Below, one piece after another: positions 1-7,853 of a stretch of 64,000 nucleotides of DNA. The position numbers were made by a program, and so were the translations under genes. The first letter of the stretch is position 1; the number at the start of each line of letters is the position of its first letter. Under the pieces are notes generated by a model that was not told the DNA's origin, searched no databases, and saw only the letters and a list, made by a program, of their open reading frames with translations. This DNA is from an uncultured Patescibacteria group bacterium (GTDB lineage Bacteria; Patescibacteriota; Minisyncoccia; Phycocordibacterales; UBA918): assembly GCA_934699595.1 (NCBI GenBank), contig CAKUWT010000002.1, positions 37,065 through 101,064 of the forward strand, in the 5' to 3' direction.

Positions 1-1340
1 AGTTACTCGACTGTCAGTTACTGCTGCCGGTCCAGTAGCCGATGACAACCACGATATTGAAATAACTTTGGTGACCACGTAGCCAAGTGCTAATAAAACA
101 ATCACACTAGCCACTGCCATTGTTAAGGTGTTGGTGCTATAAAGTTGACGGCTCACAGGTTGTGACTTAGGTTCGTCAAGACTGCGAACCGGTACGCGCA
201 ACTCTCGTTCGGCGCGGACACTTTCAGCTCGTTGCTCAAGCAGGGTCGGTTGTGCAGCCACTGTGGTAGGTGGTTGCGGCACCACTACCTGGGGCAAGTC
301 GTCTTCTCTTGGTAGGGTTTCTTTCTGTAGAGTTTGAGGTCTTACGGGAATTACTGGGGCGGGTTCTTCGGTTGGAGTAGTCTGTGCTGGTAGGGTTTGT
401 GCCGCGGCGGGAACCAGTGCTTCAGTTTTAGGACTTCGATAAAGGGTCGGGGCAATCACCTTTGCCTGTGCCGGTGTGTTGCTTTTGAGAGCGGTTCGCG
501 TCATCACAGATGCAGTCCTTAGCTTTTCATCGGCCGGCACAGAAACACTCCGACGGTTCTCGAGACTCACGTTACTGATAGTTTGTATGGTGCTTGGTTC
601 AGTAGTGACAAAGTGGCTCCAGGCATTAGTTTCTTGCTTAGGAGAAGGCTCTTTGGTTTTAGTTTTTTTGGCCGTTGCGATTTTCTGGTTACGCTCTTGA
701 ATATTTCGGATTAGGTTTTGGTGTTCAGCGGTAGTAGCCTTGGCCGTTAAGGAAGTGGCTTGTTGCACTACTCCTTTTCGTAACTCGGATTGTTGTACAG
801 TGTATTTTGGTTGCTCTTGTAATTCCCGTTGACGTTTTTTGGCAGCCAGCCAAGACTTAAAACTGTCAACGAGAGCGCTGCCTAAATGAAAGCGGTTTCT
901 TTTAGTATCAGTAATGATATTGGCGGAGAAATCATCCGTTTCGTCTTCTTGCAGAGAAATAATTTTAGTTTTATCTGAATGTAAAACGGACTCAACTTTT
1001 TGACTAGTCTCCCGCTTATCTACGGTTCGCAGTTCGTCAGAAAGTTTTTGGGAAAGGTTGCTTTTTTGAAGTGAGTGAAAGGGAGGGTTAACAGTCACGT
1101 TGCTAGATCCGAGGTTATTATTATCTGAAGCGAGAGTTGCTTCTGGAGCGGGCGTGACCTCCGTCGCAGAATCGTCTTTAATCACTGTCTCGTCAAGGGT
1201 TCTTGTTCGAGATGAGGATTCTTGACTGGTCACCTCCAACTGTTCCTTATGGTCGGGATGGGACTGGTTAGTTTTTTCAGTAGCTAAATCAGAAGCAAAA
1301 GTCCTGATGGTAGGCAAGTCTTTTGGGCTGCTATTGTTCA
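1..1340 (-). CDS. Partial hypothetical protein; its N-terminus is in the window and its C-terminus runs off the window start. It is Q/T/P/S-rich, low-complexity, and has a hydrophobic segment near the window edge.
   Basis: Hand translation of the minus strand starts at an ATG at 1338-1340 and runs without a stop to position 1, missed by the track because no stop lies in the window. About 446 aa were translated, ending in a TM-like LTMAVASVIVLLALGYVV stretch. No family recognised. Confidence 0.4.
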
Positions 1341-1394
1341 TTAGTTACTAGTATGACACAAAATAATCAGTTTGGCATAGGGCGTTGTGAGAAT

Positions 1395-1430
1395 AAAGGT
1401 CAGCGCCCCCAAATGGGGGCGCTGACCTTT
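1395..1430 (-). terminator. Rho-independent terminator hairpin downstream of pnp
   Basis: 16-bp perfect inverted repeat AAAGGTCAGCGCCCCC-AAAT-GGGGGCGCTGACCTTT between the pnp stop and the next minus-strand start. Confidence 0.6.
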
Positions 1431-1456
1431 AATCCTAATTAAATAATCCCACTACC

Positions 1457-3556
1457 CTACTTAATGAAGTCTGGATCAGCTTGTTTTAACGACAGGCCGA
1501 TTTTTTCGCCCTCAATCTTAATCACCACAGCGGGCACCACCTGTCCTGCGGCTAATACCTCAGACGCGCTGTCGAGTCGTCGGTTGGTAATTTCAGAAAT
1601 ATGAATCAAGCCTTCATGGTAATCGTCGAGACGGACGAAAGCGCCAAAATCGGTTAACTTAGTGACTGTCACCGACAGTTTATCTCCCACTAAATATTCT
1701 TTGGTCATGGCGGCAATCAGATCTCGGGCCTTTGCGGCACTGTCCCCTAGACCAGTAATAAACACCTGACCGTCTTCTTCGATAGTGATTTCTGTAGCGC
1801 CACTCTCACCCTTAATTTTGTTAATAGTTTTACCACCACCACCGATGACTAGGCCGATTTGCTCTGGTTTGATGCTGAGAGTGAGAATCTGCGGGGCACG
1901 TGCAGAGATTTTTTCTCTCGGAGTGGCAATGGCAGCAGTTAAGGTTTTGATTATTTGCTCGCGAGCAGTTTTAGCGTCAGCCAAAGCACCGGCTAAAATT
2001 TCCAACTTAATACCGTCCACTTTGACGTCCATCTGAATGGCGGTAATGCCGTCGATTGTTCCTGCTACTTTAAAATCCATATCACCATACTCGTCTTCGG
2101 GTCCCTGGATATCAGTTAGTAGTACATATTCCTCACCTTTAATCATTACTCCTGAGGCGATACCCGCTACGTGTTTCTTTAGGGGTACACCACCATCAAA
2201 CAAGGCTAGTGAGCTGGCACACACTGACCCCATGGAACTAGAGCCGTTACTAGACAGGGTTTCAGAAACCAGACGAATAGTGTACGGAAAAGTGGCGGCA
2301 TCAGGGATGAGTGGTCGCAAGGCTTTTTCTGCCAAAGCACCATGACCAATCATGCGTCGGTTAGTGCCACCGAATCGTCCAGTTTCTCCAACTGAAAATG
2401 GTGGAAAGTTATAGTGGTGCATAAAAGTTTTTTTGCCATCCTGAGTTTCCATAGTGTCAATTAGTTGCGCTGTCTCTGGGCCGCCGAGAGTGAGAGCAGT
2501 GAGGACGTGAGTTTCACCACGATAGAAAAGGCCACTTCCATGAAGGACCGGGGATACTCCCCCAGCCGTTGCTGTCAGGCTCCGCACTTCAGTAAAGGCA
2601 CGACCGTCAGCGCGCTTTTTGTCTATCACAACACCACGATGGAGAGTTTCGTCAAGTTTCTGATCGAAGAAATCTCGGCAGTGGCCAAGGTTTGCTTCTG
2701 GCTCGATGGCTTGTACTCTTTCCAGAAACTCATCAGTCAGCACATTGAGATGAGATTTGCCAGTTCGGTTTGAGAAGATCGTCTGGTACAAAGTTTCCGC
2801 AAATTCATCTTCATAAAGTTGATGTACAGATTCAGAAATTTCTGGAGTTGCAAAAATAATTTTCTTTTTGCCTAGATTAGAAGTGATTTCTTTTTGCCAC
2901 TGCTCAAGCTCGCTGTTGATTACGGTGGCCGCCTCAAGCAGGGCGAGAGTATCAGCTTCTTGAATCTCGTTAGCGTTCGCTTCAATCATATTGATAGTGT
3001 TACTTTGGCCACAAGCGGTGATTTCAAAATCGGTTTCCGCTTGCCTGGTCTCAGTTCGGGTTGGATTAAGGAAGAGTTCTCCGTGGGTATTTCGTAAGAA
3101 CCGTACAACACCAATTGGGCCGGCCCAGGGAATATCCGAAACCGCTAAGACTAACGAAGCCCCTAAAACACCGAGGATGTCCGGAGCTTCTTCCCCTCGA
3201 GCTAGGACTGTTACCGCAACCTGAATCTCTCGTCTCAGACTTTGATTGAAAAGTGGCCGAATCGTGCGATCAATTAGTCTAGCTGCAAGGATGGCCTCAT
3301 CACTGGGGCGACCTTCGCGACGCTGGTAACGACTGCCCAGAATTGCACCAGCGGCGTAGTAGCGTTCCTCGAACTCTACTGTCAGCGGAAAATAATTTAA
3401 ACCAAGATTATCTTTTTTACTCATCACCGCTGTTACAAGGATGACAGTTTCGCCATAAGTGAGAACGACCGAGCCGTTCGCTTGACCAGCCCAGCTGTTG
3501 AAATCTGCTACTAATTTTTTACCGGCCCACTCGGTAGTGTAGATTTTACTTGACAT
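1457..3556 (-). CDS. pnp: Polynucleotide phosphorylase (PNPase)
   Basis: 699-aa ORF with two RNase PH-like domains and KH and S1 domains at the C-terminus. The characteristic rpsO-pnp neighbourhood is present. Confidence 0.95.
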   Translation of the reverse strand: MSSKIYTTEWAGKKLVADFNSWAGQANGSVVLTYGETVILVTAVMSKKDNLGLNYFPLTVEFEERYYAAGAILGSRYQRREGRPSDEAILAARLIDRTIRPLFNQSLRREIQVAVTVLARGEEAPDILGVLGASLVLAVSDIPWAGPIGVVRFLRNTHGELFLNPTRTETRQAETDFEITACGQSNTINMIEANANEIQEADTLALLEAATVINSELEQWQKEITSNLGKKKIIFATPEISESVHQLYEDEFAETLYQTIFSNRTGKSHLNVLTDEFLERVQAIEPEANLGHCRDFFDQKLDETLHRGVVIDKKRADGRAFTEVRSLTATAGGVSPVLHGSGLFYRGETHVLTALTLGGPETAQLIDTMETQDGKKTFMHHYNFPPFSVGETGRFGGTNRRMIGHGALAEKALRPLIPDAATFPYTIRLVSETLSSNGSSSMGSVCASSLALFDGGVPLKKHVAGIASGVMIKGEEYVLLTDIQGPEDEYGDMDFKVAGTIDGITAIQMDVKVDGIKLEILAGALADAKTAREQIIKTLTAAIATPREKISARAPQILTLSIKPEQIGLVIGGGGKTINKIKGESGATEITIEEDGQVFITGLGDSAAKARDLIAAMTKEYLVGDKLSVTVTKLTDFGAFVRLDDYHEGLIHISEITNRRLDSASEVLAAGQVVPAVVIKIEGEKIGLSLKQADPDFIK

Positions 3557-3753
3557 TTTTAAGAAGTGTTTTATTTAATTTTATTAATATAGAGATAAGC
3601 ACACTTTAGATTTCAATAATTTGAAACCTACTTGTGCTCACCTCATCTATGAGGATAACAAAACCACCGCCCGGCACAAGTACCAGGCGGTGGTTTTACT
3701 TTTGTTTAGGTTGAAAAAATTATTTGGTATGACTTATAAAAAATATTTTACTT

Positions 3754-4386
3754 CTATAAGTCATCGGTGTCTGTACCTACTACTTGAGAAAATATTCCTG
3801 AGGTTTTTTTGGCCCCCGACTTTTTAGAGATGGTTTTTCTGAGACTCTGCTTTTTGGTTGCTGAGTAGGACTTACGTCGTTTGTAATTGATCAGGAAATC
3901 CTCAGGGTTTTCATCCAGATTGATAAAGTCATCAACGGCTTCAATTAGCCTGGCCGAAGTGGAGCGACCAAAAGTGATGGCTTCCACTTGACAGCCTTGA
4001 CCCTTGACGTACTCCACCAAGGGGACAAAATCCCCGTCGCCACTAGCGATGACGATGGCGTCAACTTTCTGAGCGAGTTTAATAGCGTCGACTGCGAGCC
4101 CAACATCCCAGTCAGCCTTTTTTGCTCCCCCGAAGAATACTTGTAGATCTTTAGTTTTAATCTCAATGCCACTTTTTTCCAAGGCTTCAAAAAAAGATTC
4201 CTCTTCCCCACTCTCAGTATTCACCACGTAGGCCAAGGCACGCACCAGCCGGCGGTCTCCAAGGGCCACGTCAACCAGATGTTTAAAGTTTACTCGAGCG
4301 TGATAAAGATTTTTTGCACTGTGATAAAGATTTTGGGTATCGATAAGGACAGCGACGCGTTGTTCCTTATGTTTGATTACACTCAT
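3754..4386 (-). CDS. NYN/LabA-like (PIN-like) domain protein with a basic C-terminal tail
   Basis: 210 aa with an N-terminal VAVLIDTQNLYHSA motif typical of NYN/LabA domains. It lies between rpsO and pnp. Confidence 0.65.
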   Translation of the reverse strand: MSVIKHKEQRVAVLIDTQNLYHSAKNLYHARVNFKHLVDVALGDRRLVRALAYVVNTESGEEESFFEALEKSGIEIKTKDLQVFFGGAKKADWDVGLAVDAIKLAQKVDAIVIASGDGDFVPLVEYVKGQGCQVEAITFGRSTSARLIEAVDDFINLDENPEDFLINYKRRKSYSATKKQSLRKTISKKSGAKKTSGIFSQVVGTDTDDL

Positions 4387-4479
4387 GATATTTTGTATTA
4401 AAAAGTTCAGATAATTAATTGATAAAAGTTTATAAAAATAAAATGTAAAAAGTGTTCTCGACAGAGAACACTTTTTAGC

Positions 4480-4746
4480 TTAACGTCTAAGACCGAGTTT
4501 TTCAAGCAGGGTCTGGTAGGTTTTTTCGTCAGTTCGCTCTAAGTATTTTAGGTGGCGTCGGCGGTTAGCTACCATCTGTAGCAAGCCTCGACGAGAGTGG
4601 AAGTCCTTTTTGTGGCTGCGGAGGTGGGTTGATAGTTCCTCAATTTGACGAGTCAACAGAGCTACTTGAGCTTCTGGTGATCCGGTGTCCCTCTCGTGAC
4701 GCTGAGTCTTTTTTAAAGTATTTTCTTTAACGCGTTTACTTAACAT
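4480..4746 (-). CDS. rpsO: 30S ribosomal protein S15
   Basis: 88 aa with an S15-typical sequence ([27 protein letters not shown]). Confidence 0.9.
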   Translation of the reverse strand: MLSKRVKENTLKKTQRHERDTGSPEAQVALLTRQIEELSTHLRSHKKDFHSRRGLLQMVANRRRHLKYLERTDEKTYQTLLEKLGLRR

Positions 4747-5298
4747 AAATATAATTTTTTGTTACACCGTTTGGATAGATACGTGCTTGGCAAAAGTAAT
4801 TAGGCCGCCCACTCCGTGGAGTAACTCCAGTAACCTGCGAAGGTCGCTGATTACTATAGCACAATCAGGTTAATATTTCAAGCTTCAGCCATAAATCCTA
4901 GTCTGTGAAACTGACGAAAATAAGCTTGTAGAACTTAGGTTTCTCAAGGAAGTGTTTTAGGTAATTGAGTATCCTCCTCACGACGTGATAACCCATCACT
5001 GGAGAGATGCCAAAGTTTCCCTGCTCACGGGTAGTTAAACAGAAAATGTAAAAAGTGGGTCGACAAGAAATTTCCTTCAGCGTGATTCACGTTGAACAAC
5101 AACTGACTGAGAAAAGAGTGACGGAAACGAGGGGACCATTTCTTTTTCAGAAGAGAGGCACGGTCAAGTGGAAGAGGTGGTGTCTAGAAACTATAAAAAA
5201 TGTGGGTCCCCTAGTGTATGGGGCAGGGAGTAGGTTTTGCTGGTCACCGATAAACTGGCCGATCGCTGAGAAATGTTGAGAGAGAAACTAACAGAGTA

Positions 5299-6240
5299 AT
5301 GTTAAAATGGATTGACATGGACTGGCAAACTTCATTGAAAGATTTTCAACAATATTTAGAAATTGAACGTGGTCGTAGTCAGGCGACGACTGAAAATTAT
5401 TTACGCTACTTGCGTAAGTATTTCCAGTTTGCCAAAATCAGTTCCCCGAGTGAGATTACTGAAGTTAGTGTTCGGGAGTGGCGGCTGCACTTAAACCGCT
5501 TACCAGGAACTAAAGTGGGTGGTCGTCAGGAACCGATGAAAAGACGAACTCAAAATTATTACTTGATAGCACTAAGAGCCTATTTAAAATTTTTACGAAT
5601 GCGCAATGTAGAGAGTTTGGCGCCAGAAAAAATCGAACTAGCCAAAGTGGCCTCGAGACAAATTGACATCATTACCGCTGCTGAGTTAGAGAGATTGTTG
5701 TTAGCTCCAGATCCGGCCACCCCGCAAGGCTTGCGTGATCGTGCTGTGCTACAGCTCCTCTTCTCGACGGGGCTTCGGGTATCTGAGTTGTGCTCTCTTA
5801 ACATTGACGATATTGATATGGAACGTGACGAGTTCTCGATTCGAGGTAAGGGAGAAAGGGTGCGGGTGGTGTTTTTGTCGGAGACTGCTAAGCGTATGAT
5901 TCGTGATTGGTTAGCGACGAGGGAAGATATTGAGGAGGCTCTTTTTATACAACTAGGAAAACGTAGCGCGGCCGATGGTAGTCGCCGGCTGCAGCCACGG
6001 GCAGTGCAGCGACTTTTGAAAAAGGCGGCAGTACTGGCTGGTATTACCCGTAAGGTGACACCACACACTATCCGTCACAGTTTCGCTACCGATTTGTTAA
6101 GAAACGGGGCCGACCTGCGAGCAGTTCAAAGCATGCTTGGACATGCTGACATCAGTACTACTCAGGTCTATACGCACGTGACTGATGCCCATTTACGAGA
6201 AGTTCATAAAAAATTTCATCACCGCAAAAATCAGGATTAG
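5299..6240 (+). CDS. Tyrosine site-specific recombinase, XerC/XerD family
   Basis: 313 aa with an N-terminal SAM-like domain and a C-terminal catalytic domain (RHSFAT..LLRNGADLRAVQSMLGHADISTTQVYTHV). Confidence 0.85.
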   Translation: MLKWIDMDWQTSLKDFQQYLEIERGRSQATTENYLRYLRKYFQFAKISSPSEITEVSVREWRLHLNRLPGTKVGGRQEPMKRRTQNYYLIALRAYLKFLRMRNVESLAPEKIELAKVASRQIDIITAAELERLLLAPDPATPQGLRDRAVLQLLFSTGLRVSELCSLNIDDIDMERDEFSIRGKGERVRVVFLSETAKRMIRDWLATREDIEEALFIQLGKRSAADGSRRLQPRAVQRLLKKAAVLAGITRKVTPHTIRHSFATDLLRNGADLRAVQSMLGHADISTTQVYTHVTDAHLREVHKKFHHRKNQD

Positions 6241-6303
6241 CAGAATAGAAATGCCCTCGCTAGTTAGCAAGGGCATTTTTAACAAATAGGGACTAGAGTT
6301 AAG

Positions 6304-6633
6304 TTAAAGTTTTTTTTCGAACTCAACCAAGAGAGCCAGCTTCCGTCTCAGTTCTCGTTTTGGATCTTGAGACCGTAGTAACCAAGCATGATTTTGCCAA
6401 GCGTGGCGGTAGCATTCACGGTTATGGAAAAAGAAGGGATGACCCCAGATAAACATCCGGAGGTGTTTCGGAGATTCTTCGCAGATAGCTCCGCGACAGC
6501 CGCAGATGCAAAGACCGTCCCTGTTGGTAAAGTTGAAAACGTGGTCGAGTACCGCAGCTCGATCTTCTCGATGGATAATCTTCCAGTACTGTTGATCTCC
6601 AGTCTGGTCAACCATCATGTTGCTGTAGTCCAT
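6304..6633 (-). CDS. Small Cys/His-rich protein; possible YHS/TRASH-like metal-binding fold; paralog 1
   Basis: 109 aa. It shares R.AVLDHVFNF..R...CICGC...H..M.IWG...FFH...C.R.A...DP..ELRR.LA with 6820..7131. An AGGAGG SD sits 8 nt upstream of the ATG. Confidence 0.45.
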   Translation of the reverse strand: MDYSNMMVDQTGDQQYWKIIHREDRAAVLDHVFNFTNRDGLCICGCRGAICEESPKHLRMFIWGHPFFFHNRECYRHAWQNHAWLLRSQDPKRELRRKLALLVEFEKKL

Positions 6634-6768
6634 TTTCCCCTACCTCCTGATTCTGATTCAGATCTGAAGAGAAGCTTACTGAATGTAGTAATTGGTGTCA
6701 ACTCATTGCCAAGTATCCCGCCCCGACTGTTTTGCTGGTCAGGGTTGTTTACGCTTTGGATTTAAAAA

Positions 6769-6793
6769 ACGGGTCCAGAATTTCTGGACCCGT
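6769..6793 (-). terminator. Hairpin terminator between the two paralogs
   Basis: ACGGGTCCAG-AATTT-CTGGACCCGT stem-loop flanked by an A/T run. Confidence 0.5.
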
Positions 6794-6819
6794 AATGGTG
6801 TCACTGTGGTCGGTACACA

Positions 6820-7131
6820 TTACATGATGACGTGTACCGCTAGGCGGCGCCTAAGCTCGTGCCGGGGATCTTTTCCTCGCTTCACAGTTTCGAGAACTTT
6901 TCTCGCGCGCCGGTGGCAGCGGAGCGAGTGAAAGAAATAGGCTCGTCCCCAGATACTCATTTTAGAGTGGTCTCCCAGACCACGATGGCGAATAGGTTGT
7001 CCGCAGCCGCAGATACAGACATCGCGCCTGTCTGCAAAATTGAAAACATGGTCAAGCACGGCCGTGCGGTTTTTTTCACGTATTATCACATCGCACTTGT
7101 TGCTGGTGTCGAACAGGTTGACAATATTCAT
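6820..7131 (-). CDS. Small Cys/His-rich protein; paralog 2 of 6304..6633
   Basis: 103 aa with the same conserved CICGC/FFH..C motif. A GAGGAGAGG SD lies upstream of the ATG. Confidence 0.45.
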   Translation of the reverse strand: MNIVNLFDTSNKCDVIIREKNRTAVLDHVFNFADRRDVCICGCGQPIRHRGLGDHSKMSIWGRAYFFHSLRCHRRARKVLETVKRGKDPRHELRRRLAVHVIM

Positions 7132-7260
7132 TCGTCCTCTCCTCTTGCTGAAACTTTCTTCTAGGTAAAATCATACTCAGCCGGAGCGCCAGTGTCAATT
7201 TTTGGTACTCATATATAGATGAGTACCAAAGTACATATTATCTTCTAACTAACAAAACAC

Positions 7261-7284
7261 GCCCCCGAGACTGGACTCGGGGGC
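7261..7284 (-). terminator. Rho-independent terminator
   Basis: GCCCCCGAG-ACTGGA-CTCGGGGGC stem, followed on the minus strand by a T-rich tract. Confidence 0.6.
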
Positions 7285-7303
7285 GCTATGGGTGGTGACA
7301 GCT

Positions 7304-7690
7304 TCAGTAAGCAAGATAGCCGATTCGCATACCGTTGCTCCAAGCCTCCACAATTTGAAAAGTGATTCCCCGGCGGCTGGTCCAGTGTCCAATAGGACGT
7401 TGGTAAATGGGGGTTGGCATCACCACGAAACCGCAGCCGGGACCACTGGGGCTGAGTGCCTGTCTCCGAACATGGACCTTGTTGAGAAATGAGTGTAAGT
7501 TTCTCTTTGAGGTACAGACAGACAGAGCATTCCTCAGAATGATACCTTGGGCTAGGTGAAGATCGGCCGCAGCTGCCTGGTTGGTAAATACCGCCGTGGT
7601 GACCTCGGCGGCGGCCCCGATTGAAGGGTTGCCAAGCAGTAAAGTCGCCGAAGTCAGTAATGTACTGATGACCTTTTTGAAAAAAGACAT
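7304..7690 (-). CDS. Hypothetical secreted protein with an N-terminal signal peptide
   Basis: 128 aa beginning MSFFKKVISTLLTSATLLLGNPSIGAAAE. An AAGGGAGG SD lies 7 nt upstream of the ATG. Preferred over the overlapping 189-aa R/S/P/G-rich ORF. Confidence 0.5.
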   Translation of the reverse strand: MSFFKKVISTLLTSATLLLGNPSIGAAAEVTTAVFTNQAAAADLHLAQGIILRNALSVCTSKRNLHSFLNKVHVRRQALSPSGPGCGFVVMPTPIYQRPIGHWTSRRGITFQIVEAWSNGMRIGYLAY

Positions 7691-7853
7691 GACGTGCCTC
7701 CCTTGTGTCTGATGTCTTCCGACTTTGATTAGACCATATTTTAATTAGAAAAACAATAAGTGCTGTTATTATGGTTAGGGAGTAAAAAGAACGGGAACGC
7801 GGATGCTTTTGCATCCGCGCCCTCGTTCCTTATTAGGGTCCATAGAGTAGCCT

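Noticed and set aside
1785-3224. Several plus-strand ORFs (83-102 aa) inside pnp
   Set aside because: They lie entirely antisense to a well-supported 699-aa PNPase and have low-complexity R/S/P-rich translations, so they are shadow ORFs.
4747-5298. RNase P RNA, tmRNA or SRP RNA in the long noncoding regions (also 11998..12765)
   Set aside because: I looked for the universally conserved motifs (GGAAAGUCCGG.., AGGGUGAAA..GGUGCGGUAAGAGCGCACC for RNase P; tRNA-like GGUUCGA..CCACCA end for tmRNA; AGGUCAGGUCCGGAAGGAAGCAGC-like for SRP) and did not find them by eye. A covariance-model scan is needed.
5580-6068. 162-aa minus-strand ORF inside the Xer recombinase gene
   Set aside because: It is antisense to a confident tyrosine recombinase; its R/S/A-rich translation is typical of out-of-frame GC-rich sequence.
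6388-7164. Plus-strand ORFs (125 and 101 aa) opposite the two Cys/His-rich paralogs
   Set aside because: SD sequences and terminators support the minus-strand frames. The minus-strand products show a conserved Cys/His motif. The plus-strand similarity is just the reverse complement of the same paralogous DNA.
7245-7814. 189-aa minus-strand ORF overlapping the 128-aa secreted protein
   Set aside because: It is in a different frame and R/S/P/G-rich without an SD. The 128-aa ORF has a strong AAGGGAGG SD and a signal peptide.
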